Origin: a bacterium
GTDB lineage: Bacteria; SAR324; XYD2-FULL-50-16
Reading direction: 5' to 3'
Assembly: GCA_024275165.1 (NCBI GenBank)
Contig: JAJRZQ010000038.1
Span: forward strand, 17,474 to 81,473
DNA length: 64,000 nucleotides
Positions within the stretch are counted from its first letter, which is position 1. Each line of letters opens with the position of its first letter. Shown here piece after piece: positions 1 through 10,934 of this stretch. Under the pieces are notes generated by a model. It ran no database searches. It worked only from the letters and a program-made list of their open reading frames with translations, and was not told where the DNA came from. A program made the translations under genes and the position numbers.

Positions 1-972
1 CACGATGTCATCGCGTCGATTCCGCAAGGAAGGCAGGTAGATGGGAACCACAGAGAGGCGATAATAGAGGTCTTCTCGCATCATCTTGGTTTCTACCGCT
101 TCTTCTAAATTGCGGTTGGTTGCCGCGATGATCCTCACATCCACCTTGATGGTCTGGTTTGCCCCGACCATCTCAAACTCTCGTTCTTGCAAGACCCGCA
201 ACAGCTTGCTTTGCGTGGTCAGGCTGATCTCTCCGATTTCATCTAAGAAAATCGTGCCCTTGTTGGCCTCGGAAAACTTCCCCTTGCGGTCTGCAATCGC
301 GCCGGTAAAGCTTCCCTTCACATGACCAAAAAGCTCTGATTCCAGTAGGGTTTCTGGGAGGGCGGCACAGTTGACCTTGACAAAGGGCTGGTCTTTTCGA
401 TTGGAGGCAAAGTGCAAGGCCTTGGCGATCAATTCCTTGCCCGTACCGGATTCCCCCCGAATGATCACGGTGGCGCTCGAGGGGGCGACCCGCTGCACGA
501 GGCTCATCACCTCGGCTAAGGCACTGGAGTTGCCGATGATGTTGTCCACGCGAAACTTTTCTTGCAGGATTTCTTTTAAAGCGCGATTTTCCGCGATCAA
601 TCGCCGTTTGTCGATGGATTTTTCCATGATCAGCAAGAGTTCCTGCAAATCAATGGGTTTGGTCAAAAAATCGCTCGCTCCCGCCTTGATCACATCTACG
701 GCCGTTTCAATGCTGCCGTAGGCGCTGATCATGATCATGGCGATTTCCGGGTCCGCTTCCCTGACCGAACGAATCAGATCTAAACCGTTCATCTGGGGCA
801 TGCGATAATCCGAAATCAGCAGGTCAAATTCCCGTCCGCGAATGAGGCCTAAAACCTTGCTCGGGTTATGTTCTACGGTGACGCTATAGCCTTTTTTCCC
901 CAAAAAGCCTTTCAGCAATTCGGTTTGACTCACCTCGTCGTCAACGATCAGTATTTTAGGGTTTAACGCCAT
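1..972 (-). CDS. Sigma54-dependent (NtrC-family) response regulator, 3' end outside window
   Basis: Manual minus-strand translation from ATG at 972: [13 protein letters not shown] receiver domain, then AAA+ motifs [24 protein letters not shown] and FLDEIGE. Lies directly downstream of the kinase gene. Confidence 0.9.
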   Translation of the reverse strand, partial: MALNPKILIVDDEVSQTELLKGFLGKKGYSVTVEHNPSKVLGLIRGREFDLLISDYRMPQMNGLDLIRSVREADPEIAMIMISAYGSIETAVDVIKAGASDFLTKPIDLQELLLIMEKSIDKRRLIAENRALKEILQEKFRVDNIIGNSSALAEVMSLVQRVAPSSATVIIRGESGTGKELIAKALHFASNRKDQPFVKVNCAALPETLLESELFGHVKGSFTGAIADRKGKFSEANKGTIFLDEIGEISLTTQSKLLRVLQEREFEMVGANQTIKVDVRIIAATNRNLEEAVETKMMREDLYYRLSVVPIYLPSLRNRRDDIV

Positions 973-988
973 GATTTAAAAAGATTGT

Positions 989-2584
989 TTACCCACGCAT
1001 AGCCTTATTCTCTCGCTTTGGCAAGATCATCGCCGCGGTTACGCCCTGCTTTGGGTTGTTGTGCAAATCCAAACTTCCCCCATGGGCCTGTACGATTTTT
1101 CGTGAGATATAAAGGCCCAACCCTGTCCCGCTTTGCTTGGTGGTGTAGTAGATATCAAAGAGGCGGCCTAGTTTTTCTTTGGGGATTCCTTCGCCGTTGT
1201 CTTCCACTTCAATGATCCAGGTTCCCCTTTTATCGATCTGCCCTCGCACTTGAATCTGCCCCCCCTTTGCATTGGCATCCATGGCGTTGCCGATCAAGTT
1301 CAAGACCACCTGCTTTAATTTTTCGGCATCGCCGTAGTAGTGGGCACCCCCTTCTTTCAAATCTACCTTGAGGGTCATTTCTCTTTGTTTCGCCTCTTCG
1401 GCGATCAAGGTCAAGGAATCGCCCCAAAATTGGGAGATGGCAAAGGAGGCGCTGTTGGGCTCAAAGGGTTTGGCAAAGCCCAAAAAGTCGCTGACGATCT
1501 GGTTGAGCCGTTGCACCTCTTTGTTCATCAGACCTAAAAAGGATTGATACTCCTGCGCGATTTTTTGTTCCGGCGGTTCAAACTCCAATTGCAGGCGTTG
1601 AATGGTAATGGAAATCGAGTTTAAGGGGTTCCTGATCTCATGGGCGACCCCGGCGGCTAAATTGCCGAGGGAAACCATTTTTTCGTTTTCCTGTTTTTCT
1701 TTTTCCACCTTTGCCATGCGGTCTAGGTATTGAAATTGAAAGCGCAAAATGACCACCACTACCACCACCACGAAGGCAAAGAGGGCTAAGCTTGCCCGGC
1801 GGGTGTTTTCCTTGGTGTCTAATAAGACCCGATCAATGTCATCGGTGTTGATGGCCATATGGAAAACCCCATTGCGCTTGTCATCAATAACAAAGTACTG
1901 AATCACCTCTAATTGATTTTCCGAAGGGGGGAAAAAGGCGGCTTTGGAATCCAGGCTTTCTTTGATCTCTTTGATCACCGCGATCTGCCCTAAGCGGGTG
2001 GGGTCTGTATCAGCGACAATGACCAGGTGTTGGTCGTAAAAGGAGATGCTTTGCAAAAGCTGCCTGCTCTTGCTGCTGTCGGCCAGTTCTTGCAAGGCGA
2101 GTTTCAAGCGCAGGTTGATGAGTTTTTCTTCCCCCAAAGAGATTAAGATACTGCCTTCTCCAGAGAGGCGCTCAAAAGAAAAAATCGGCCCCACCGAGGT
2201 TTCGGGTAATTTTTTGGGAGCCTGGTAGACAACGGCTCCCTTGGCATCAAGAAATTGAATCCATTCGAGTTGATTGTTGCTCCGCAGCTCTTCTAAGCGC
2301 TGGTTCCCCCCGGTGTTGAGCATCCCTTGCAGGGATTCGATCTCATGGGCTAGGTTTTCAGCGTAATAGTTTAAGTATTCCGGGGCTAGGTGGGTGGTCT
2401 GAATCGCCTGTCTGGCCCCCATGGCAATGGACTCGGTCACCACCTCGGACTGCTTCCAAAAGATACGCCGTAGCTTGGCATCCGTTTCGTCTGTGAGGTA
2501 AATGAAATTGGCGGTTAACATCAGACCCACAAGCAGCAAAAACCCGGCTGCGTAAAGAAAGGAAAAATTTTTACTGCTCAGCAT
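989..2584 (-). CDS. Membrane sensor histidine kinase
   Basis: Two TM segments; H-box AHEIRNPL, N-box NLIGNAMDA, G-boxes DNGEG and GTGLGL. Confidence 0.92.
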   Translation of the reverse strand: MLSSKNFSFLYAAGFLLLVGLMLTANFIYLTDETDAKLRRIFWKQSEVVTESIAMGARQAIQTTHLAPEYLNYYAENLAHEIESLQGMLNTGGNQRLEELRSNNQLEWIQFLDAKGAVVYQAPKKLPETSVGPIFSFERLSGEGSILISLGEEKLINLRLKLALQELADSSKSRQLLQSISFYDQHLVIVADTDPTRLGQIAVIKEIKESLDSKAAFFPPSENQLEVIQYFVIDDKRNGVFHMAINTDDIDRVLLDTKENTRRASLALFAFVVVVVVVILRFQFQYLDRMAKVEKEKQENEKMVSLGNLAAGVAHEIRNPLNSISITIQRLQLEFEPPEQKIAQEYQSFLGLMNKEVQRLNQIVSDFLGFAKPFEPNSASFAISQFWGDSLTLIAEEAKQREMTLKVDLKEGGAHYYGDAEKLKQVVLNLIGNAMDANAKGGQIQVRGQIDKRGTWIIEVEDNGEGIPKEKLGRLFDIYYTTKQSGTGLGLYISRKIVQAHGGSLDLHNNPKQGVTAAMILPKRENKAMRG

Positions 2585-2649
2585 GACCAGGGGGGAAGTG
2601 AAGAAACCTCTGCTTAATTTTTAGAGCCTTTGTTCTTTTATCATACTGC

Positions 2650-3969
2650 TTAGGGGTTGCGGGGTAAAGCAAGAAAAAGAGGTCGGTTGCGTCGCATCAC
2701 CAAGACCGTGACCAGTCCTTTGCCTTTGGAGCGCAATATTTTTTTCAAGGCTTTTAAGGAATTGATCTTTTTTCCCGCTGCCTTTACAATCAGGTCGCCT
2801 TGGCGCAGGCCCTTTTCAAATTCCTTTCCATTGGGGTCGATTCGCAACACGAGTACCCCCCGGTTTGCCTGGATGCCAAACTGGGCTTTTAGTTTTGGGG
2901 TTAAGTCGGCATACTGTACCCCTCCTTGCTCTGATTTGCCCTCTAAGGCCGCTACGGTCTCTTGCGGGCGGGTGCCGACCTTAGGCCGCAGCAGCTTGGC
3001 TTTGCCTTGGCGATAAATTTTTAGGGTCAGGCGATTTCCCGGTGGGGTCTCTGCCACCAACTGTTGCAGTTCCGTGGTTTTTTTCACCTTTTTGCCGTTT
3101 ACTTCAACAATGACATCCCCTTCCATCAAGTTTGCGCTAGCAGCAGGGCTCTTTTCCCCGACCAAGGTCACGATAATCCCTTTTTGCCCCTGGGGCAGGT
3201 TCAAGGCCCGGGCTAAATCTTCATTGATTTCTTGAATCCCCACCCCGAGCCAACCGCGCTTGACCTGGCCATTTTTTTTCAATTGGCGGATGATCTTTTT
3301 TGCTAAATTCGCGGGCACGGCAAAGCCCAAACCCTGCCCCTGGGCAATGGCGGTGTTGATGCCCACCACCTGGCCTTGGACATTGAACAAAGGCCCCCCG
3401 GAATTGCCCGGGTTGATGGCCGCGTCGGTTTGCAAAAACTGCCCGTAGGCCGTGCCCCCAAAGATATCCCGCCCGCGGGCGCTCAAAATACCGGCGGTGA
3501 CCGAGTGATCCAGGCCAAAGGGGTTGCCGATGGCCAGCAACCAATCGCCGACCTTCAGCTGGTCTGAGTTGCCCCATTCGATGTACTTTAAACCCTGGGC
3601 CTTGATTTTCAAAAGCCCCAAATCGCTCATGGGATCGGTACCGATCACCTTGGCTTGATATTTTTTGGAGTTGTACAAGGTGACCTCAATGGTATCGGCC
3701 CCGGCAATCACATGGTTGTTGGTGACGATGTAGCCGTCGGCGGAAATAATAAAACCGGAGCCTAGAGCCTGCTCTTTCCGATTTTTCGGCAAGGGGCCAA
3801 AGAACCGCTCCACAAAGGGGTCCATCCGAGGGTTTTTTTTAATGGAGGTGGTGGAGATATGGACCACCTTTTCCTTTTCCGCTTGAATGATATCCGCAAA
3901 GCTATCGGGCGCCGCCCACAGGGGGGAGGAAGAAAGCAATAGGGCAAGCAATAAACTGAGAACCTTCAT
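2650..3969 (-). CDS. degP: DegP/DegQ (HtrA) periplasmic serine protease with two PDZ domains
   Basis: Signal peptide; TNNHV and INPGNSGGPL motifs; GWLGV PDZ start. Confidence 0.9.
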   Translation of the reverse strand: MKVLSLLLALLLSSSPLWAAPDSFADIIQAEKEKVVHISTTSIKKNPRMDPFVERFFGPLPKNRKEQALGSGFIISADGYIVTNNHVIAGADTIEVTLYNSKKYQAKVIGTDPMSDLGLLKIKAQGLKYIEWGNSDQLKVGDWLLAIGNPFGLDHSVTAGILSARGRDIFGGTAYGQFLQTDAAINPGNSGGPLFNVQGQVVGINTAIAQGQGLGFAVPANLAKKIIRQLKKNGQVKRGWLGVGIQEINEDLARALNLPQGQKGIIVTLVGEKSPAASANLMEGDVIVEVNGKKVKKTTELQQLVAETPPGNRLTLKIYRQGKAKLLRPKVGTRPQETVAALEGKSEQGGVQYADLTPKLKAQFGIQANRGVLVLRIDPNGKEFEKGLRQGDLIVKAAGKKINSLKALKKILRSKGKGLVTVLVMRRNRPLFLALPRNP

Positions 3970-3973
3970 CTTG

Positions 3974-4237
3974 TTACTCCTCTGGGTCTAACTCACTGAC
4001 AAAGACCTTGAAACCGAACTCCCGCAACCCCCGCAGAGCGGGGTCTTTTTTTGCGGAGGCCTGGCGGCATTTGGCGCACTTACAATCAATGTGGTGGGTT
4101 TTTTGATATTTTTTTAATTTCATCCGGGTTAAGTCTTTTCCTTCCTTTTCTAAGTCCTTCAACAGTTTTTCGATTTCCTTCATCGCCTTTTGCAAGATGA
4201 TGTTGGAGTATTTTGGGTTTTGCTGGCGTTTAAACAT
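3974..4237 (-). CDS. Small basic hypothetical protein with HxxCxCxxC motif
   Basis: 87-aa ORF tightly packed (4-6 bp gaps) within the operon; contains HHIDCKCAKC. Confidence 0.6.
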   Translation of the reverse strand: MFKRQQNPKYSNIILQKAMKEIEKLLKDLEKEGKDLTRMKLKKYQKTHHIDCKCAKCRQASAKKDPALRGLREFGFKVFVSELDPEE

Positions 4238-4243
4238 GGTGGG

Positions 4244-5113
4244 TCATCCCAGGGCCACTTCAAGCGTGACGGCGCAAAAAAGGGTGAGGCTGATGTAGGC
4301 GTTCATATTGAAAAAGGCTAAGTTGAGCTGTCGGAGGTCTCCTCTGCGCAAGAGGGCATGCTCGTAGGCTAAGAGTAAAATCGAAACGGCGACCCCACCG
4401 CCGTAAATCCATCCTAAGCTTGCCAGGGGGGCCAAGGCCAACCAGCAAAGCGCGGAACCGCCGTGCAGCAAACGAGCCAGCCAGAGGCTTTTTTGCACCC
4501 CCAAGGCCACGGGAATCGAATGCAGCCCTCGGCCTTGGTCGTAGTCTAAATCCTGCAAGGCGTAGAGAATGTCAAACCCCGTAATCCAGGCCAATACCGA
4601 GGCCCCTAAAAGCAGGGCGGTGGGGGAAATCTCACCTCTAGCAGCGATCCAGGCGGCGATGGGGGCCGCCCCGATAGCCAATCCTAAAAAGAGGTGGCAC
4701 AAGCTGGTAAAGCGTTTGGTGAGGCTGTAAAAGCTTACCAAAAAAATGGCCAGGGGGCTTAGATAAAAAGCCAAGGGATTGAGCCGCCAGGCGGAGTAAA
4801 CCAAAAGCCCGTAAGAGAGCAGCAGCATTAAAATCATGGTGTTTGCGCTCACGGCACCGGTTACGGAGGGGCGGTTTTGGGTGCGGGGGTTTTCCGCGTC
4901 ATAGGCGCGGTCAACCCAGCGATTAAACCCCATGGCCCCGCTACGAGCCCCGATCATGGCGAGAATCACCCAGAAACTTGTTTCTCCTAAGGTCTGCCCA
5001 GGCCCTAAACCCTGTTTCCAGGCGAGGGCCAAGGCGGTTAGGGCAAAGGGGAGAGCAAACAAGCTGTGGCTGAACTTGATCAGCTCTAAGTATCCTGATA
5101 TTTTTGCAAGCAT
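4244..5113 (-). CDS. UbiA-family prenyltransferase (MqnP-like, futalosine menaquinone pathway)
   Basis: IKFSHSLFALPFA, NRWVDRAYDAENPRT and DILYALQDLDYD motifs; multiple TM segments. Confidence 0.85.
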   Translation of the reverse strand: MLAKISGYLELIKFSHSLFALPFALTALALAWKQGLGPGQTLGETSFWVILAMIGARSGAMGFNRWVDRAYDAENPRTQNRPSVTGAVSANTMILMLLLSYGLLVYSAWRLNPLAFYLSPLAIFLVSFYSLTKRFTSLCHLFLGLAIGAAPIAAWIAARGEISPTALLLGASVLAWITGFDILYALQDLDYDQGRGLHSIPVALGVQKSLWLARLLHGGSALCWLALAPLASLGWIYGGGVAVSILLLAYEHALLRRGDLRQLNLAFFNMNAYISLTLFCAVTLEVALG

Positions 5114-5115
5114 GA

Positions 5116-6468
5116 TTAAAGGATATAGCGGCTTAAGTCTTGATCTTGGACAATGCCCTTGAGCCTTTCTTGGACATAGGCCCGATTGATGGGTACCTTT
5201 TGCCCTGTTAGTTCTGGGGCGGAGAAGCTTACCTCGTCCAACAATTTTTCCAAAATGGCGTAGAGCCTGCGGGCCCCGATGTTTTCTGTTTTTTCATTGA
5301 CCTGACTGGCCATTTCGGCAATTTCATCAATGGCGTCATCGCTAAAAGCGATATCGACCCCTTCGGTCGCTAAGAGCGCGGTATATTGACGAATCAAACT
5401 GTTTTTGGGTTCGGTCAGAATGCGGGTCAAGTCGCTTTTGTTTAAACTCTGCAATTCCACTCGGATGGGAAAACGACCCTGCAACTCGGGAATCAAGTCA
5501 CTGGGTTTGGCAAAGTGAAAGGCCCCGGCAGCGATGAAGAGAATGTGATCGGTTTGAATCGGGCCGTATTTGCTGTTGACCGTACTCCCTTCCACAATGG
5601 GGAGGAGGTCTCGCTGCACCCCCTCGCGGCTTACCTCTCCGCTGGTGTTCCGTCCCTCTTTGCTGGCGATTTTATCAATCTCGTCCAAAAAGATAATCCC
5701 CGTCTCTTCGACCCGTTTTACGGCTTCCGCCTTGAGGTCATCGACTTGAACCAAGCGGTCTGCCTCTTCTTCGGTGAGGAGTCGCAACGCTTCTTTGACC
5801 GTTACTTGACGGGGTTTGGCTTGGCGGGGGATGAAACTTTTCATCATCTCGCCCAAATCCATCCCCTCATTGCCACCCATGGGCAAAAATTCGATATGGG
5901 GGCCGGCGGACTTTTGCCCTATTTTAATTTCAATGCGCCGCTCGTCTAAGTCTCCGGCGCGCAGCTTTTTTTCAAAGGACTCCCTGAGTTTCGCGTCGTC
6001 GCGAATCGCTTGTTCCGCGTCGGCCTTGATGCGGGTGGGAGGGACTAAAATATCCAAAACCCGCTGAATCGCGGCTTCATGGGCTTTGGGTTTGACCTCG
6101 ATGGTTTTGATCTGGCGGCTCATCTGCACGGAGATATCTACGAGGTCGCGGATCATGCTTTCCACATCGCGGCCCACATAACCGACTTCGGTAAATTTAC
6201 TCGCTTCCACCTTTAAAAAGGGGGCATGCACCAGCTTGGCGATGCGTCTGGCGATTTCTGTTTTTCCCACGCCCGTCGGGCCCATCATGATGATGTTTTT
6301 GGGGCTGATCTCATCTTTTAAATCCTCGCCCACCTGCATGCGCCGCCAGCGATTGCGCAACGCGATGGCCACACTGCGTTTGGCCTCTTTTTGACCTACA
6401 ATATAGCGGTCTAAGAATTCAACGATTTGGCTGGGAATTAGGTTTTTTTGATCCGTAATGTGTTGCAT
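5116..6468 (-). CDS. hslU: HslU ATPase subunit
   Basis: [40 protein letters not shown]; C-terminus LSRYIL. Confidence 0.97.
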   Translation of the reverse strand: MQHITDQKNLIPSQIVEFLDRYIVGQKEAKRSVAIALRNRWRRMQVGEDLKDEISPKNIIMMGPTGVGKTEIARRIAKLVHAPFLKVEASKFTEVGYVGRDVESMIRDLVDISVQMSRQIKTIEVKPKAHEAAIQRVLDILVPPTRIKADAEQAIRDDAKLRESFEKKLRAGDLDERRIEIKIGQKSAGPHIEFLPMGGNEGMDLGEMMKSFIPRQAKPRQVTVKEALRLLTEEEADRLVQVDDLKAEAVKRVEETGIIFLDEIDKIASKEGRNTSGEVSREGVQRDLLPIVEGSTVNSKYGPIQTDHILFIAAGAFHFAKPSDLIPELQGRFPIRVELQSLNKSDLTRILTEPKNSLIRQYTALLATEGVDIAFSDDAIDEIAEMASQVNEKTENIGARRLYAILEKLLDEVSFSAPELTGQKVPINRAYVQERLKGIVQDQDLSRYIL

Positions 6469-6471
6469 AGT

Positions 6472-7002
6472 TTAAGAATTGGAGTTTAATTCATGTAGAT
6501 TGACCTGTTGATTGGTGTAGATGTCGATTTCACCGGCAATGGCCAGGGATTGCTTGACGATCTCTTGGGCGTTCAGGTCGCTGTTTCTCAGCAAGGCCCG
6601 AGCAGCGGCCTGAGCGTAGGGGCCACCTGAGCCAATGGCTAAAATGTCGTCTTCCGGTTCGATTACATCCCCGTTGCCGCTAATGATCAGGCTGGATTTG
6701 GCGTCGGCTACAGCCAGTAGGGCCTCTAGGTTTCGCAGCACCTTATTGGTACGCCATTCCTTGGCCATTTCCACGGCGGCGCGCACGAGGTTCCCGTTGT
6801 ATTCCTCCAACTTGGCGTCGAATTTTTCAAAGAGGGTAAAGGCGTCGGCGGTGGAACCGGCAAACCCGGCCACCACCAGTCCCTGGTGGGTCAACCGAAT
6901 CTTAGTGGCATTGGCCTTCATCACCGTGTTGCCCAAGGTGACCTGTCCATCGCCGCCTAAAACCACTTTTCCCTTACAGCGTACCGATAATATCGTTGTC
7001 AT
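6472..7002 (-). CDS. hslV: HslV threonine protease subunit
   Basis: N-terminal (M)TTI; [15 protein letters not shown] and IGSGG motifs; adjacent to hslU. Confidence 0.97.
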   Translation of the reverse strand: MTTILSVRCKGKVVLGGDGQVTLGNTVMKANATKIRLTHQGLVVAGFAGSTADAFTLFEKFDAKLEEYNGNLVRAAVEMAKEWRTNKVLRNLEALLAVADAKSSLIISGNGDVIEPEDDILAIGSGGPYAQAAARALLRNSDLNAQEIVKQSLAIAGEIDIYTNQQVNLHELNSNS

Positions 7003-7618
7003 GTTGTTCTTCTCCTTTTTTCCCTATTCCGAGTACAAAAACCTCTTTGCTCTCCTTGCGGGTGCTTTGGGGCCTGAGGTTTTTTACTTTGGTATACTCT
7101 TCTCGCATGCGTTTGAGCAAGCGCTCCTGCGCTACTCCCTGTAAGGATTTTACCAAACAGCGGCCATTTTTTTTTAAATAGAGTTGCGCCGTGTCCAAGG
7201 CTAAGCTGCACAGGGCAAAGCTCCGCTCTGAATCGGCAACTCGGTTGCCGGTGGTGGAGGGGGCCATATCGCTGAGCACTAAATCCCACCTCAACGCGTA
7301 TTGTGCCAGAGTCGCCAAATCCAGTTTAAAAATATCTTGATGGATAAAGGCCATGTTGGCAGCAAGGCTTAAATTCAATTCTTGGATATCCACCCCTACG
7401 ACCAGCCCTTGAGCCCCTACTTTTTTACCGGCAAACTGCATCCAGGAGCCGGGGTAGCACCCGAGGTCAAGGACTTTCATCCCCCTATGGAAGAGGTGGT
7501 TTTTTTGGTCCAGCTCTTCCAGCTTAAAGACGCTGCGAGCCCGGTAGCCCTCGGCCTTGGCTTGTTTAAAGTAATGGTCTTGGAGTTTTCTCAAAGGCTC
7601 TCTTTCGCCCCCTGCCAC
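6974..7618 (-). CDS. rlmE: 23S rRNA U2552 2'-O-methyltransferase (RlmE/FtsJ)
   Basis: [25 protein letters not shown] and RKESKE motifs. Confidence 0.92.
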   Translation of the reverse strand: MAGGEREPLRKLQDHYFKQAKAEGYRARSVFKLEELDQKNHLFHRGMKVLDLGCYPGSWMQFAGKKVGAQGLVVGVDIQELNLSLAANMAFIHQDIFKLDLATLAQYALRWDLVLSDMAPSTTGNRVADSERSFALCSLALDTAQLYLKKNGRCLVKSLQGVAQERLLKRMREEYTKVKNLRPQSTRKESKEVFVLGIGKKGEEQHDNDIIGTL

Positions 7619-8352
7619 AGGTCTTCCATTGCCTTTAAAGAGAGCTTTTTTCCGCTCTTTTCGGCTTTTTTGATCCCCTTTTCCACCTGGGCAAAGCGCT
7701 GTTTGAATTTGTCGTTGCTTTGCTTGAGGGCCATTTCAGGGTTGATGCGGTTAAAGCGGGCGAGGTTGATGACCGAAAAGAGCAAATCCCCGATCTCTCC
7801 AACCAGGTTTTGTTGGTTTTCCTGTGCCAACTCCGCTTCGACTTCTTGTAATTCTTCTTTGATTTTGGCTAAGATTTCGTTGTTGGTTGGAAACTCAAAG
7901 CCTAAACCAGCGGCGCGCTCACCTAGTTTTTTGGCCTGTAGGGCCTGGGGTTGGTGTTGGGGGATTCCTTCCAAAACCGACTCCCTTTGTTGGGTCCGGG
8001 CCTTAATCTGGTCCCATTGGGCCTTTAGTTCCGTTTCGGTTTGGTTGGGGTCGGCTTGGGCGAAAACATGAGGGTGCCGTTCCCGCATTTTTTTGCCCAG
8101 GCGGGCAATCAGGCTTTCTAAGTCAAAGCGGCCTTCTTCTTCTGCAATCTGGGCATGCAGCACCACCTGAAAGAGCAGGTCGCCCAATTCAGCTTCTAAG
8201 TCTTGTTCGTGGCGGCCCTCTTCGATCTCCTCAATCACCTCCCAGGCCTCTTCCAACAAGAAGGGGATCAGGCTTTGGTGGGTTTGTTTTTTATCCCAAG
8301 GGCAACCCTCTGGCCCTCGTAAGGCCGCGACGATTTTTTTTAGTTCTTCCAT
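7591..8352 (-). CDS. mazG: Nucleoside triphosphate pyrophosphohydrolase MazG
   Basis: LRGPEGCPWD, ELGDLL and RHPHVF; second domain EIGDLLF. Confidence 0.93.
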   Translation of the reverse strand: MEELKKIVAALRGPEGCPWDKKQTHQSLIPFLLEEAWEVIEEIEEGRHEQDLEAELGDLLFQVVLHAQIAEEEGRFDLESLIARLGKKMRERHPHVFAQADPNQTETELKAQWDQIKARTQQRESVLEGIPQHQPQALQAKKLGERAAGLGFEFPTNNEILAKIKEELQEVEAELAQENQQNLVGEIGDLLFSVINLARFNRINPEMALKQSNDKFKQRFAQVEKGIKKAEKSGKKLSLKAMEDLWQGAKESL

Positions 8353-8477
8353 GGGTTATATTCTGCGTTTCGCCTTAGAAGTTGTCAATGAGCCAACCTA
8401 AGAGTGTTGATTTCTTTTCTAGACTAGGGTTTGTACTTTTGCTAGGGTGAATTATATTAAAACTACGAAGTTGAAGT

Positions 8478-9251
8478 ATGAAAAAACGACTAAAGAATTT
8501 TGTCGAGCTTGATTATTCTCGTCCGCTGGTCATCGCCCATCGGGGGGACCGGATCAATGCCCCGGAAAACACCCTTCCCGCTTTTGAAAAGGCGGTCGAA
8601 CTCGGCTGCCCCATGTTGGAGCTGGACCTCGCCTTGAGTAAAGACCGACAAGTCGTGGTGCTGCACGATGAAACCATAGAGCGCACCACCAACGGAGCGG
8701 GGCGCGTCAAAGACCTCACCTTAGAAGAATTACGCAGCCTCGATGCCGGGTTCTGGTTTAGTGACGAGTATCGGGGCACCTTTCTCCCTACCTTGGATGA
8801 GGTGCTCCAAAGTTGCGGCCACCGTATTTTATTTAATTTAGAGATCAAACCCGAAGCTTTTGAGCCGGGGGGTAAAGACCGGATCACCGTCCAAATTGTA
8901 GCGGCCCTGAACAAATATCAACTCCGAGATCAGGCGCTGCTCTCCAGCTTCAGTACCGAGGTCTTAGAGGATATAGCCGCCATGCCTAATGCCCCTGCCC
9001 TAGCTTATTTGGTCGAGCAATATGATCCGGTCTGCCTGGAATGGATGACTCAGTTTAAGGTCTTTTCCTTAAATCTGTTGTCGCAATTGCAACCCGAACA
9101 GGTCCGGCAAATTAAGCGGGCGGGCTTTCGTCTTTTTTGTTATACGGTAAATGAGCCTCTCGAGATGATGAAGTTATGGGCTATGGGGGTGGACGGTGTT
9201 TTTACCGACGACCCGACTCGTTTGCTCGCCCAGGTGGAGCAATTAACCTAA
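8478..9251 (+). CDS. Glycerophosphodiester phosphodiesterase
   Basis: IAHRG, PENT, ELD, HD, EIK, YTVN and GVFTD motifs. Confidence 0.92.
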   Translation: MKKRLKNFVELDYSRPLVIAHRGDRINAPENTLPAFEKAVELGCPMLELDLALSKDRQVVVLHDETIERTTNGAGRVKDLTLEELRSLDAGFWFSDEYRGTFLPTLDEVLQSCGHRILFNLEIKPEAFEPGGKDRITVQIVAALNKYQLRDQALLSSFSTEVLEDIAAMPNAPALAYLVEQYDPVCLEWMTQFKVFSLNLLSQLQPEQVRQIKRAGFRLFCYTVNEPLEMMKLWAMGVDGVFTDDPTRLLAQVEQLT

Positions 9252-9462
9252 GGAAACTCTGAAAAATTCCTTGCCTACCGCTTGTTCAAGCGGTAGGCTC
9301 ATGCCCTTCGGGCTGATTATGCCCTTGGGGCGCATCAAGTTTTTCAGGCTTTTCGGTTGGGAATGAAATTCACAATCTTAATTAAAATCAATAGGTTCCG
9401 CTTTTTTATTTGGCAAGGCATCCCTGCCTTGCTGGGAAACTCCGCGTTTTTCAGAGTTTTCC
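9252..9462 (+). mobile_element. MITE-like element, 211 bp (copy 1)
   Basis: Ends GGAAACTCTGAAAAA and TTTTTCAGAGTTTTCC; flanks CTAA and TAAA; begins immediately after the GDPD stop codon. Highly similar to the copies at 28436, 33663 and 34275. Confidence 0.85.
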
Positions 9463-9570
9463 TAAAGTATTTGGGGGGTATAAAATCAGTTTGGCATAAA
9501 ACCTGAATGTAAAATAATCAAAGCTTGGAATCAAAGCTTATCTATTGTTTGAGAGACTCAAGGGGGTTTT

Positions 9571-9837
9571 ATGACTGGAATTACACAAAGCGTCACCATT
9601 CGCCACGGGCAACACCTTCAGGTTGTTTCTCCCCTCGGTGAAACCCGCACGCTCAAGGTCATGGTCGGGGATGCCTTTTTAAACGGCGAGGGCAAGCAGA
9701 TTTGGCTCATTCATGAGACAACGGGGCAGTACTTGCGTAAATTGCCCAATACCTTGGGTGAATTGGGCCGCGCCCTATTCAACTCCACCCAAGAACTTTT
9801 TTTATGCATTGAAGAACGACGCTTCTACTTTGCTTAA
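9571..9837 (+). CDS. Hypothetical protein (88 aa)
   Basis: ATG preceded by AGGGGG; fills the gap between the MITE and the convergent argA-like gene. Confidence 0.6.
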   Translation: MTGITQSVTIRHGQHLQVVSPLGETRTLKVMVGDAFLNGEGKQIWLIHETTGQYLRKLPNTLGELGRALFNSTQELFLCIEERRFYFA

Positions 9838-9843
9838 AGGCGG

Positions 9844-10872
9844 TCAAAACCTTAGGGCTAAGGCCTTAGAGGGTCGATTGGGGTCGTAGCCCTGTCGCCA
9901 TTCCAGCGGCAGGTCTTGTTTATCGACTTCCACAAAACCAAAGGATTGGAAAAACCTCCACATCTTCGCTTCGATACTCAACGCGAAAATCAAGCCTCCT
10001 CCCTGTTTTTTTGCCTCTTCAATCAATCTCGCGCACAGGGCCTTGGCCATTCCCCTCCCCCGATAGCGTGGCAGAGTGCAAAACTTAGAAAGTTCATAGG
10101 TCTGCCCCCAGGGCTTGAGTCGCGCGGTGGCGACCATTTCGTGATTCACATAGGCGACAAAGTAGCGCTCTACCTCGGCGGCAATTTGCTCTAAACTGAG
10201 GGGCAAAATCGCTTGGGCCTGAATGTAAGGCTTCATCAAGAGGGAGATATCCATGACATCGGTTTTGGCCGCGGGGCGGACTTCTTTGTCTAAGCTTTGG
10301 GCGATTAAAGTGCCTGACCCCTGGTGGGTGAAAATTTCCAGGTACAGGTTTCCACTGCGGGCGGCGATGAAAGCGAGTTCTACTTTTTTCCGTTTTTGTT
10401 GCTGGAAGGCGACCGGCAGCAGATGGGGTTCTTTTTCCAGTAAAACATCGAGATGAGCGTGACTCAAGGCCTCGCCCTTTCCCGCTAAGGGGTTGCTCGC
10501 TTGAATAAAGAGAATTTTTTTTGCCTTTAATTTCTCGGCGAGAGGCCAGAGGTCGTTGGTCCCCGAAAGCGTCATCAGGGGGACCTGTGCCTGCTTTAAA
10601 GCCAAGCTCAAGCCCTCCATTTCAGCCCCTTGAACCCGATTAAAGGGGAACCCCCACTCTGCTTGTTCCCGCAAAGGGTCTAAGCGCACCCCAGGGGCAA
10701 AGCACAAAACCAAAGATACCCTAGCGGATAAAAGAACTCGCAGGTCGGTGAGCATTTCCTCAAAGTCTTCTAAACGCTCAAAGTAGAGCAAAAATATTTT
10801 TTCCTGAAATCGAGCGGCGTAATGAAAGAGCTCCAGCGCATCCAGCATCTGGCGTTCCAATTGTTGGCTCAT
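9844..10872 (-). CDS. N-acetylglutamate synthase-like (ArgA-like) protein: reduced AAK domain plus GNAT domain
   Basis: LYLEIFTHQGSGT linker, YRGRGMA acetyl-CoA motif, FFQSFGF, and C-terminal YDPNRPSK as in ArgA. Confidence 0.75.
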   Translation of the reverse strand: MSQQLERQMLDALELFHYAARFQEKIFLLYFERLEDFEEMLTDLRVLLSARVSLVLCFAPGVRLDPLREQAEWGFPFNRVQGAEMEGLSLALKQAQVPLMTLSGTNDLWPLAEKLKAKKILFIQASNPLAGKGEALSHAHLDVLLEKEPHLLPVAFQQQKRKKVELAFIAARSGNLYLEIFTHQGSGTLIAQSLDKEVRPAAKTDVMDISLLMKPYIQAQAILPLSLEQIAAEVERYFVAYVNHEMVATARLKPWGQTYELSKFCTLPRYRGRGMAKALCARLIEEAKKQGGGLIFALSIEAKMWRFFQSFGFVEVDKQDLPLEWRQGYDPNRPSKALALRF

Positions 10873-10934
10873 TGCTTTTTCCTCTTTGCTGGGTTAGGTC
10901 TGAGTAGTTCTTTGATTAACATTCTCGGAGTCAA

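Noticed and set aside
7382-8071. Long antisense ORFs (e.g. 7382-8071, 57340-57918, 25991-26536, 86-721)
   Set aside because: They are shadow frames opposite well-supported genes and have no recognisable motifs.
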